Made by a program: the position numbers and the translations under genes. Positions 27,317 through 35,181 of a DNA stretch of 35,181 nt are shown here, piece after piece. Numbering within the stretch: position 1 is the stretch's first letter; each line of letters begins with the position of its first letter. The notes beneath the pieces are model-generated. The model saw nothing but the letters and a program-made list of their open reading frames with translations, was not told the origin of the DNA and did not search any database. The stretch is from Actinoplanes sp. (GTDB lineage: Bacteria; Actinomycetota; Actinomycetes; Mycobacteriales; Micromonosporaceae), in contig DASRYP010000355.1 of NCBI GenBank assembly GCA_035687165.1, forward strand, positions 1 through 35,181, read 5' to 3'.

Positions 27317-28570
27317 ATGCGCCGCACTGCCAGCCTGGTCCTCGCCGCCGTAGTGGTGGGGAGCATCGTCCTCGTCGTCGGCCGTCCCGACGCGCCCGCC
27401 GGGACAGTCGCCGCCCGGGCGATCCCGCCGCCCCCCACCCCGTACGACCAGGCCGTGGCCGTCCTCGCCGAGCAGTCCGCGGCGCTGCTGAGCGGCGACG
27501 AGAAGACCTGGCTGGCCGCCGTCGACCAGCCGCTGAAAGCCCGCTACCGCAGCATGTTCCGGTCGTTGCGCGCACTCGACGTGACCCGCTTCGACTACGA
27601 CCCCGGCTACAGCCGGCCGGTCACGGGCGACCCCGCCGCCGTCACGTTCCGCAGCGAGATCGCGTACTGCCTCAGCACCGACATGTGCCCCGGCAAGACC
27701 GGCAGCGAGTGGACGCAGCCGCCGCGCCTCAAGCAGAAGCTCACGATGAAGCCGGTCGGCGGCCGGTACGTCATCACCGCGGCCGCGCAGAGCGAGCCCG
27801 ACGACCCGCGCCGGCCGCTGCCGTGGGAGAACAGCGAGCTGGTCGCCCTGCGTGGCACCCGCGTGACCCTGGTCGCCGCGCCGGCCCAGCGTGCGCTGCT
27901 GGCCAAGGTGCTGCCGGTCGCCGAGGCGGCCGCGATCGCCAACGACCGGTTCGCCGCGCTGGTCGGCACCCCGCAGTCCCGCTACCGGATCTACCTGGCC
28001 GGCGAGAAGCAGTGGCGCACCTGGTACGGCGGCGAGAACGACCAGTGGACGATCGGGCTGGCCATCCCGCTCAACATGTACGGCATCGACGTGATGATGC
28101 GCATGAAGGAGCTGGCGAAGAACCCGGTCATGCTGCGCGTCGCCCTGCGGCACGAACTCGGCCACGTCGTGACGCTGTCCGGCGCCGTCCGGGCCGACGC
28201 CGCCGACGACACGTGGCTCAGCGAAGGGATCGCCGAGTACATCGGCTGGGCGCCGTCGAGCGCCGCGCGCAGCCTGCGCCGGTACAGCGTGCGCTGGGCG
28301 CTGGGCGGCGCCGCGCGGCAGAAGTCGATGGTGCCCCCGCGGCCCGGCCCGGCCGCCTCGTCGCGCGCCGGGGACGCCTTCTACGGGCTGAGCCACCTCG
28401 CGGTCGACTGCATGGCCAAGAAGTACGGGGACAAGAAACTCCTCACCTTCGTACGGCTGGTGCTCGCTCAGGACAACGAGTACGACCAGGCGGCCAAGGG
28501 GGCGTACGGCGTCCCGTTCGCCACGGTGGACCGGGCGTGCGTCAAGTGGATCCGAGCTCAGGTGCTTTAG
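27317..28570 (+). CDS. Secreted or membrane-anchored protein with an HExxH zinc-peptidase-like domain
   Basis: N-terminal hydrophobic segment, then LRHELGHV followed by WLSEGIAEY (gluzincin-like). Confidence 0.75.
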   Translation: MRRTASLVLAAVVVGSIVLVVGRPDAPAGTVAARAIPPPPTPYDQAVAVLAEQSAALLSGDEKTWLAAVDQPLKARYRSMFRSLRALDVTRFDYDPGYSRPVTGDPAAVTFRSEIAYCLSTDMCPGKTGSEWTQPPRLKQKLTMKPVGGRYVITAAAQSEPDDPRRPLPWENSELVALRGTRVTLVAAPAQRALLAKVLPVAEAAAIANDRFAALVGTPQSRYRIYLAGEKQWRTWYGGENDQWTIGLAIPLNMYGIDVMMRMKELAKNPVMLRVALRHELGHVVTLSGAVRADAADDTWLSEGIAEYIGWAPSSAARSLRRYSVRWALGGAARQKSMVPPRPGPAASSRAGDAFYGLSHLAVDCMAKKYGDKKLLTFVRLVLAQDNEYDQAAKGAYGVPFATVDRACVKWIRAQVL

Positions 28571-28593
28571 CGGGAAAATGATATAGCTGACGC

Positions 28594-29580
28594 ATGCTGG
28601 TTGACTTCGCCGCGGACGTCGCGGCCACGCCGATCGAGGTCGAGACCGCCGCCGTGGCCGCCGAGAAGGACGGGTACGACGGGTTCGGCGCGGCCGAGAC
28701 CAAGCACGACGTCTTCCCGGCGCTGGCCCTGGCCGCCCGGGCCACGTCGCGGATCACCCTGCAGTCGGCGATCGCGGTGGCGTTCGCTCGCAACCCGATG
28801 AACGTGGCCGTGCTCGCCAACGACCTGCAGCTCATCAGCGAGGGCCGGTTCCAGCTGGGCCTCGGGTCGCAAGTGCGGGCGCACATCGAGCGTCGCTTCG
28901 CGATGCCGTGGGGCAAGCCGGCCGCGCGGATGGAGGAGTTCGTGTCGGCGATCCGGGCCGTCTTCAAGGCGTGGGGCGGCGAGCGGCTGGCATTCCGGGG
29001 CGAGTTCTACCGGCACACACTGATGACCGATTTCTTCGACCCCGGCCCCAATCCGTACGGGAATCCGCCGATCCTGGTGGCCGCGGTGGGGGAGTTGATG
29101 ACGCGTACGGCGGGACGGGTCGCCGACGGTCTGCTCGTGCACCCGTTGACCAGTGCGGCGTACCTCGGGGAGCGCACCCGCCCGGCACTCCGCGCGGCCC
29201 GGGGCGGCGACCTGGGCAACTTCACGGTCTGCCTGTCGGCGATGGTGGTGCTCGGCGCCGACGAGGCCGCGCGGTCCCGGGCCGAGCAGGCGGTGAAAGG
29301 GCAGATCGCCTTCTACGCCTCCACGCCGGCCTATCGCCCGGTGCTCGACCTGCACGGCTGGGGCGAGCTGGCCGACCAGCTCAACTCGCTGTCGCGGCGG
29401 CGGGCGTGGGCCGAGATGACCGCGCTGATCAGCGACGAGGTGCTCGAGACGTTCGCGGTGACCGGGGACGTGGCGGCCGGGTTGCGGGAGCGGTTCGGTG
29501 GGATGGTGGACCGGATCTCGCTCTACCCGCCGTACCAGGTGGATCCGGCTCTCATCGCACAGGTGCGGCAGCGCCTCTGA
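28594..29580 (+). CDS. LLM-class (probably F420-dependent) oxidoreductase
   Basis: AETKHD, IAVAFARNPM, GRFQLGLGSQVRAHIERRF and FYASTPAYRPVL. Confidence 0.9.
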   Translation: MLVDFAADVAATPIEVETAAVAAEKDGYDGFGAAETKHDVFPALALAARATSRITLQSAIAVAFARNPMNVAVLANDLQLISEGRFQLGLGSQVRAHIERRFAMPWGKPAARMEEFVSAIRAVFKAWGGERLAFRGEFYRHTLMTDFFDPGPNPYGNPPILVAAVGELMTRTAGRVADGLLVHPLTSAAYLGERTRPALRAARGGDLGNFTVCLSAMVVLGADEAARSRAEQAVKGQIAFYASTPAYRPVLDLHGWGELADQLNSLSRRRAWAEMTALISDEVLETFAVTGDVAAGLRERFGGMVDRISLYPPYQVDPALIAQVRQRL

Positions 29581-29785
29581 GCTGACGAAGAGCCGGTACA
29601 GGTGGAGTCGCGCGGCGCCAGCGTCGAGCGGCTGACCGAGGAGGCTAGGTCCGCTCGCTCGCCGACGCCACCCCGGCTCGCACCGCCGGAGCCGACACCG
29701 CGGCGGCCGACAAGCTGAGCAGCGGAGTTCCTCTTCGCACACCCACCACGTCGCCCGGTTCGGCGGTGCGGAGCCTGTGCCGTAA

Positions 29786-30166
29786 CTACGAGTTGGTGAT
29801 CTCGATCGAGTCGACCCGGTCCGGGTAGAACGCGATGTGGTCCTTGATCTCGGCGACGGCGTCGTGCGGGTTCTGGTACTCCCACACCGCGTCGACGGCC
29901 TTGACTCCGCCGACCGGGATCGAGTAGTAACTCGCGTCGCCCTTGTACGGGCAGTGGCTTTCGGTCGCCGTGCGTTCGAGCAGGGTCTGGTCCACGTCGG
30001 CCAGCGGGACGTAGAGCACCGCCGGGTAGGTGGATTCCTGCAGCGTGAGCGCGCGGTGTGTGTCGGCGACCACCTTGCCGCCCACCTTCACCACGACGTG
30101 CGCCGGGTTCGGCGTGACGGTGATCGGGTGGTCGGGGCCGGGGAGCCTCACGGAACGGTCGGACAT
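29786..30166 (-). CDS. DUF427 domain protein
   Basis: PGPDHPITV...LQESTYPAVLYVP...HCPYKGDASYYS...AVWEY...IAFYPDRV. GGAGG RBS. Confidence 0.9.
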   Translation of the reverse strand: MSDRSVRLPGPDHPITVTPNPAHVVVKVGGKVVADTHRALTLQESTYPAVLYVPLADVDQTLLERTATESHCPYKGDASYYSIPVGGVKAVDAVWEYQNPHDAVAEIKDHIAFYPDRVDSIEITNS

Positions 30167-30481
30167 GTCGCCTCCATCGGATCTGCGGTTGCTTGCGGAT
30201 CTGCGGTCTGCTTCCGGATCAATCCGCTCTAGGGTCTCACCATTCCCGCTGCGCACCGCGCACACCCGCGCACACCGTGCGCGTCGCGTCAGCTACGCCA
30301 CAGTTTTCGAGACAGAGATCTAACAGCACCTCGTCCGAACGGACCAAAGCCAACTAATGCCACATGCCGGGCGTACGAACGTGGTGGATTGGCAGAGGCG
30401 CCGAACCACAGGGACCGAAGCAGAAGCACCAACAGCGAGGCACCAACAGCAGAGCATCAATCGGCTCGAGAAAGGTTCAAC

Positions 30482-30847
30482 ATGAAATCGGCTACGCGGA
30501 TTCTGACTCTCGTCGGCCTGGGCCTGATGACGAGCGCGACGCTCGGGGCCGTTCCGGCCGTGGCGTCGACGTCCGCACCAGACGCGGCGGCCAGCGCCAC
30601 CACGATCACGGCGGCGGAGCAGCCTCGCCGTGATCTGGTGGTCCGGTACTACGACTCGCGCCGCGAGTGTGAATGGAACGGCCGGATCGGGGAGCGGCGC
30701 AACTGGTGGCGGCACTACGACTGCGACTTCGTGCGGCGTGGCCCCTACCGTGGCGACTGGCGGCTGACCGCCGTGCGCCGCGATCACCGAGACGACGACC
30801 GCCGTGACGACGACGACCACCGCAGCGGCGACAACCGCCGGAACTGA
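30482..30847 (+). CDS. Small secreted hypothetical protein with an Asp/Arg-rich tail (121 aa)
   Basis: GAAAGG RBS, signal peptide (VPAVA), two Cys, a Trp/Tyr-rich core and the tail RRDHRDDDRRDDDDH. Confidence 0.8.
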   Translation: MKSATRILTLVGLGLMTSATLGAVPAVASTSAPDAAASATTITAAEQPRRDLVVRYYDSRRECEWNGRIGERRNWWRHYDCDFVRRGPYRGDWRLTAVRRDHRDDDRRDDDDHRSGDNRRN

Positions 30848-30891
30848 ACGGCTCGCACACTTAGACCGCATTGATAGACCGCACTGACAGC

Positions 30892-30921
30892 CAGGCCACA
30901 CCCGGATCCGGGTGTGGCCTG
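30892..30921. terminator. Perfect 30-bp palindrome, likely terminator
   Basis: caggccacacccggatccgggtgtggcctg equals its own reverse complement. Confidence 0.75.
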
Positions 30922-30951
30922 ACCGCGTCGGCGGGGAGCTAACGTGATCAC

Positions 30952-31419
30952 ATGTCGACGAATCCGGCCGAGGCCGCGGCAACGTCCCTGGGCATCGCGT
31001 TCTCGTTGCTGCGCCACGGCCCGGCCGCCAGCGTCACCGCGGCCGCCGAGGCCCAGGGCGTCGAGGTGGGCGACCTGGTGAAGACGTTGGTGGTGCGGCG
31101 GGCCGACGACGACTACGTGCTCGTCCTGGTCCCCGGCGACCGCTCGATCTCCTGGCCCAAACTGCGCGCGCTGCTCGGCGTCAACCGGCTCTCGATGCCC
31201 GACGCGGCCACCGCCAAGGAGGCCACCGGGTACGAGCGCGGCACCATCACCCCGTTCGGCGCGGCCCGGTCGTGGCCGGTCATCGCCGACTCGCGTACCC
31301 GGGGACGCACGATCAATCTCGGGGCCGGCGAACGCGGCGTGGGCCTGCGGGTCGGCGCCGACGAGGCGGTGGCGGCGCTCGGCGGGACGTTCGCGGATGT
31401 GACGGACGAGGCGGTCTGA
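30952..31419 (+). CDS. YbaK/EbsC-family aminoacyl-tRNA deacylase
   Basis: LVKTLVV (conserved Lys), ATGYERGTITPFG and INLGAG. TAACGT lies 6 nt upstream. Confidence 0.9.
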   Translation: MSTNPAEAAATSLGIAFSLLRHGPAASVTAAAEAQGVEVGDLVKTLVVRRADDDYVLVLVPGDRSISWPKLRALLGVNRLSMPDAATAKEATGYERGTITPFGAARSWPVIADSRTRGRTINLGAGERGVGLRVGADEAVAALGGTFADVTDEAV

Positions 31420-31448
31420 TCCCCAAGCGCCTGGGGTAAGTTTCGACC

Positions 31449-31799
31449 GTGACGAGCGAAAACCCGATCCAGCCCGATGTTCCTCCGTCCGGTACCGGCT
31501 GCGTCGAGTGCCTGGACGCCGGCGGGTGGTGGTTCCACCTGCGCCGCTGCGCCCAGTGCGGCCACATCGGTTGCTGCGACAGCTCACCGGCGCAGCACGC
31601 CACGGCCCACTTCCGCGAGACCGGCCACCCGATCATCCAGTCGTTCGAGCCCGGCGAGGACTGGTTCTGGAGCTACGACACCGGGGAAGCCACCTCCGGG
31701 CCTGTGCTGGCGCCGCCCGACAGCCACCCGTCGACGCAGCCGGTTCCCGGCCCGAGCGGCAGCGTGCCGCACGACTGGCGCACCAAGCTCAACCGATAG
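31449..31799 (+). CDS. UBP-type zinc-finger protein
   Basis: GCVEC...HLRRCAQCGHIGCCDSS..QHATAH...HPIIQSFEPGEDWFWSY. Confidence 0.9.
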   Translation: MTSENPIQPDVPPSGTGCVECLDAGGWWFHLRRCAQCGHIGCCDSSPAQHATAHFRETGHPIIQSFEPGEDWFWSYDTGEATSGPVLAPPDSHPSTQPVPGPSGSVPHDWRTKLNR

Positions 31800-31906
31800 C
31801 GACTCCGCCGGGTCAGCCGTCGGGGCCTCGTCCGCCGCGGCCAGGTCGCCGTCGGACGGTGCCCGGAATGTCGGGGCCGGTCCCTGGTTCGCGGCCGAGG
31901 CGCCGG

Positions 31907-31985
31907 GCGCTCGGCGACCGGCAGCAAAGTCCTCGGCGTCCACGCCGGACGGCAGCCGCAGCCACGCGAACCAGCCCCCGGGCGG
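31907..31985 (-). pseudogene. Short frameshifted remnant of a PLP-dependent (class I/MocR-like) aminotransferase
   Basis: PPGGWFAWLRLPSGVDAED and then, after skipping one T at about 31928, LLPVAER. This matches the PxGGxFxWxxLP C-terminal motif. Confidence 0.5.
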
Positions 31986-32057
31986 GCTGCGTCCGGTCGG
32001 GTTCCCGAACGGGAACCGAATCCCGTGGGAATCCCGTGGGAGTGGTGCAATGGGGTC

Positions 32058-32999
32058 ATGAAGCTGCTGCTGCCGGACAGCGTCGAACTCGACCCGGACC
32101 TGCCCGAGGGCGTCACCGCCGTAACCTATGAGGTCGAGAAGCCGCTCCCGGAGGAGCATACGGATGCCGCCGCGCTGGTGCTCTGGAACAACCCGGGGGA
32201 CCTGCTGCGGGACGCGGCGCAGCGGCTCAAGCAGGTGCGCTGGGTGCAGACCCTGGCCGCCGGGCCGGATGCGGTCGTCGCGGCCGGGTTCGCGCCCGAT
32301 GTCGTCATCACCTCGGGGCGCGGGCTGCACGACGAGACGGTGGCCGAGCACACCCTCGCGCTGACCCTGGCCGCCGTCCGCCACCTGCACACGCTGGTGC
32401 GGGCCCAGATCGGGCGGCGCTGGGCCGACGACGTACGGGATCTTCAGGCCGCCCCGGAGACACAGCGCTTCGCCACGCTGCGCGACGCCCACGTGGTGAT
32501 CTGGGGGTTCGGCGGGATCGCCGCGGGACTGGCGCCGCACCTGAAGGCGCTGGGCGCCCGGGTGACCGGGGTGGCTCGCAGCGCCGGCCCACGCCAGGGC
32601 TTCGACGTGGTGACCGAGGCCGACCTCCCGCGTCTGCTGCCCACCGCCGACGTGCTGGTCGGCATCCTGCCCGCGACCCCGGCGACCGGACACGCGCTGA
32701 ACGCCGGCGTTTTCGCCCTGCTGCCCGCGCATGCCTGGGTGGTCAACGTCGGCCGCGGCGCCACCCTCGACGAGCCGGCGCTGCTGGACGCCCTGCGGAG
32801 CGGCAGCATCGGCGGCGCGGCCCTGGACGTCTTCGAGACCGAGCCGCTGCCGGTCACCTCGGGCCTGTGGGACGAACCGAACGTCATCGTCACCCCGCAC
32901 GTCGCCGGTGGCCGTCCGCGGGGCGCGTCGGCCCTGATCTCGGCGAACCTGGTCGCTTTTCTGGCGGGCAAGCCGCTGCGCAACGTGGTGGAAGGCTAG
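32058..32999 (+). CDS. D-isomer-specific 2-hydroxyacid dehydrogenase family protein
   Basis: VAEH, WGFGGIA, VNVGRG, AALDVFETEPLP and TPHVAG. Confidence 0.92.
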   Translation: MKLLLPDSVELDPDLPEGVTAVTYEVEKPLPEEHTDAAALVLWNNPGDLLRDAAQRLKQVRWVQTLAAGPDAVVAAGFAPDVVITSGRGLHDETVAEHTLALTLAAVRHLHTLVRAQIGRRWADDVRDLQAAPETQRFATLRDAHVVIWGFGGIAAGLAPHLKALGARVTGVARSAGPRQGFDVVTEADLPRLLPTADVLVGILPATPATGHALNAGVFALLPAHAWVVNVGRGATLDEPALLDALRSGSIGGAALDVFETEPLPVTSGLWDEPNVIVTPHVAGGRPRGASALISANLVAFLAGKPLRNVVEG

Positions 33000-33000
33000 C

Positions 33001-33047
33001 CTCACCGGGCTGAGTCCTCACCGGCCGAGTCTTCACAGAGCTGAGTC
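33001..33047. repeat. Three imperfect 15-16-bp tandem copies of the putA stop region
   Basis: ctcaccgggctgagtc / ctcaccggccgagtc / ttcacagagctgagtc. Confidence 0.7.
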
Positions 33048-35180
33048 GGCCAGCTTGTCGGGGTTGCCGAAGCGGTGGGCGGTGATGCTGACCGCCTGCT
33101 CGTGCAGGAACGGCAGCATCTCGACGCGGCCCGCCTCGGTGACCGGGCCCGCCCAGACGGCGAGGTCGGGACGTCCGCCGGTGGTGCGGGCCAGGGCCTC
33201 GGCCGAGCCGCCGATCAGGCGTACGCGAGTCACTCCGCTCAGGCCGGCGGCCCAGTCCTCGTCGCTCTCCACCCGCACGTCGACGGGGACGGCGACGGCC
33301 AGTTCGGCCGGCAGCGGCGTCGCGGTGGAGACCCGGAAGGGCGCCCCGGCGCGTACGCCCGCGGCGACGACCCGCAGCAGCGCGGCGACCGGGGCGTCGG
33401 ACGCGAGCCGCACCTCGACGGGAACGGGCAGGTAGCGCAGCACGTTGCGCTCGGCCCACAGGCCGCTGACGTCGGTCGCCCGCCCGAAATGACCGGACCA
33501 GGCGGCGGCGTCGGCGCGGGTGGCCCGATCCAGCATGAGCGCGTCCGCCGCGGGCAGCACCTGGCCGGCCGCGGCGAGCAGCGCGCGCACCGCCACGTCG
33601 TCCACCTCGTCGTCGGCCGTGGCCGGGGCGGACTGCCAGCCGGTGAGACCCACCAGGTAGTTCGGGCCGCCCGCCTTGGTGCCGGGGCCGACCGCCGAGC
33701 GCTTCCAGCCGCCGAACGGCTGCCGCCGCACGATCGCGCCGGTGATGCCCCGGTTGACGTACAGGTTGCCGGCCCGGACCCGGTCGAGCCAGGTGCCGAG
33801 TTCGTCGGGGTCGAGCGAGTGCAGGCCCGAGGTGAGACCGTAGTCGACGTCGTTGACCAGGTCGATCGCCTCGTCGAGGGTCTCGGCGTGCATGATGCCG
33901 AGGATCGGGCCGAAGTACTCGGTGCGGTGGTACGCCGAGCCGCGGGTCACGCCGTCCCGGATGCCGGGGCTCCACAGCCGGTCGCTGGTGTCCAGCGAAC
34001 GAGGCTCGAGCAGCCAGCTCTCGCCCGGGCCGAGCCGGGTGAGGCCGTCGAGCAGCTTGCCGGCGGCCGGTTCGATGATCGGGCCGACCTGGCTGCGCGG
34101 ATCCGACGGCCAGCCGACGGTGAGCGAGCGGGCGGCGTCGAGGAGCTGGTGGCGGAAGCGGTCCGAGTGGGCCACCGAGCCGACCAGGACGACCAGCGAG
34201 GCGGCCGAGCACTTCTGCCCGGCATGCCCGAAGGCCGAGCCGATGACGTCCTTGACGGCCAGGTCGAGGTCGGCGCTCGGGGTCACGATGATCGCGTTCT
34301 TGCCGCTCGTCTCGGCCAGCAGCGGCAGGTCGGTGCGGAACGACCGGAACAGCTCGGCGGTCTCGTACGCGCCGGTGAGCACGACGCGGTCGACCAGCGC
34401 GTGGCCGATCAGCTGCCGGCCCAGCGCCCGCTCCTCGACCTGGATCAGGGTGAGCAGGTCGGCGTCGGGCAGCACCGGCTGGATGATGTCGGCCAGCACC
34501 GCGCCGCACCGCTCGGCCTGGCCCGCGGGCTTGAGCGCGACCGCGGAGCCGGCCGCGAGGGCCGCGAGCACCGAGCCGGCCGGGATGGCGATCGGGAAGT
34601 TCCACGGCGGGGTGACCAGGGTGAGCTTCTCCGGCACGGCGACCGCGCCGTCCACGTCGTCCAGCCCGGCGGCCAGTTCGCCGTAGTAGTGGGCGAAGTC
34701 GATCGCCTCGGAGATCTCGGGGTCGGCCTGGTCGGCGGTCTTGCCGGTCTCGGCCGCCATCACCTCGAGCAGGTCGAGCCGGCGGGCCTCGAGGGCGTCG
34801 CCGACGCGATGCAGGATCGCGCCGCGCTGGGCGCCGGTCAGCGAACCCCAGTCGCCGGCCGCCGCGGCCGCCGCGCCGAGCCGGTTGTCGAGCCCGCGCT
34901 CGTCGGTGATCCGCGCGGCGTCGATGGTCGCCCGGCCGATGGCCGAATGCCGGACGCGGGCGAGGACCCCGCGTACCCGGTCTCGGTTGACCTTGATCGA
35001 GGGGTCGGTGTCGGGCGAGTTCTCGAAGTGGCCGGGCTTCGACGCGGCGACCGCGGCGTGCCGCTCGGCGATCCGGTGCGGTGGCGGCACCTCGGAGTCC
35101 AGGTCCTCGAGAGAGTCGAGGAAGCGGTCGCGCTCGCGGGCGAACAGGCCGGCGTCGCTCTCCAGCTCGAACACCGCGGA
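33033..35180 (-). CDS. putA: Bifunctional proline dehydrogenase/P5C dehydrogenase, C-terminal part (5' partial)
   Basis: EAIDFAHYY, TPPWNFP, ETSGKN, GQKCSA, EYFGP, GNLYVNRGITGAIVRRQPFGG, KAGGPNY and the terminal HRFGN. Confidence 0.92.
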   Translation of the reverse strand, partial: SAVFELESDAGLFARERDRFLDSLEDLDSEVPPPHRIAERHAAVAASKPGHFENSPDTDPSIKVNRDRVRGVLARVRHSAIGRATIDAARITDERGLDNRLGAAAAAAGDWGSLTGAQRGAILHRVGDALEARRLDLLEVMAAETGKTADQADPEISEAIDFAHYYGELAAGLDDVDGAVAVPEKLTLVTPPWNFPIAIPAGSVLAALAAGSAVALKPAGQAERCGAVLADIIQPVLPDADLLTLIQVEERALGRQLIGHALVDRVVLTGAYETAELFRSFRTDLPLLAETSGKNAIIVTPSADLDLAVKDVIGSAFGHAGQKCSAASLVVLVGSVAHSDRFRHQLLDAARSLTVGWPSDPRSQVGPIIEPAAGKLLDGLTRLGPGESWLLEPRSLDTSDRLWSPGIRDGVTRGSAYHRTEYFGPILGIMHAETLDEAIDLVNDVDYGLTSGLHSLDPDELGTWLDRVRAGNLYVNRGITGAIVRRQPFGGWKRSAVGPGTKAGGPNYLVGLTGWQSAPATADDEVDDVAVRALLAAAGQVLPAADALMLDRATRADAAAWSGHFGRATDVSGLWAERNVLRYLPVPVEVRLASDAPVAALLRVVAAGVRAGAPFRVSTATPLPAELAVAVPVDVRVESDEDWAAGLSGVTRVRLIGGSAEALARTTGGRPDLAVWAGPVTEAGRVEMLPFLHEQAVSITAHRFGNPDKLADSAL

Positions 35181-35181
35181 C

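Noticed and set aside
29581-29785. Possible gene remnant (minus-strand LDAGAARLHLYRLF) or RNA element between convergent genes
   Set aside because: Too short to assign, and I see no convincing stem or motif.
30300-30480. Riboswitch in the leader of the secreted protein
   Set aside because: I could not find the conserved cores of c-di-AMP, c-di-GMP, SAM, TPP or cobalamin riboswitches. An Rfam/Infernal scan would settle it.

Overview
High-GC actinomycete DNA, probably from a motile-spored Micromonosporaceae such as Actinoplanes (inferred from the chemotaxis genes, FliA-type CTCA-N16-GCCGAA promoters and gene content). It is an accessory region with no rRNA, tRNA, CRISPR array or transposase that I can see. 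In order: the end of an NRPS (terminal epimerization domain) plus mbtH; a DUF4352 protein; a membrane GGDEF-EAL protein; an ECF sigma factor and a lectin-like anti-sigma divergent from a large secreted S8 protease; a two-gene chemosensory cassette (soluble multi-PAS chemoreceptor plus triple-domain CheW, with no CheA in the window); a tandem-receiver regulator with no output domain plus a HAMP kinase; polyamine catabolism genes; several small metabolic, transport and secreted-protein genes; and the 3' part of putA. The strongest unannotated signals are three. First, six separate gene scars, several joining an apparently native 5' end to a distant 3' end: nitronate monooxygenase, beta-carbonic anhydrase, an SDR/TetR pair, a DmpA peptidase, SRPBCC and a PLP aminotransferase. 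Second, the orphan PAS-MCP/CheW3 module. Third, FliA-type promoters with a start codon 9 nt downstream. All family assignments come from motif recognition, not database searches.
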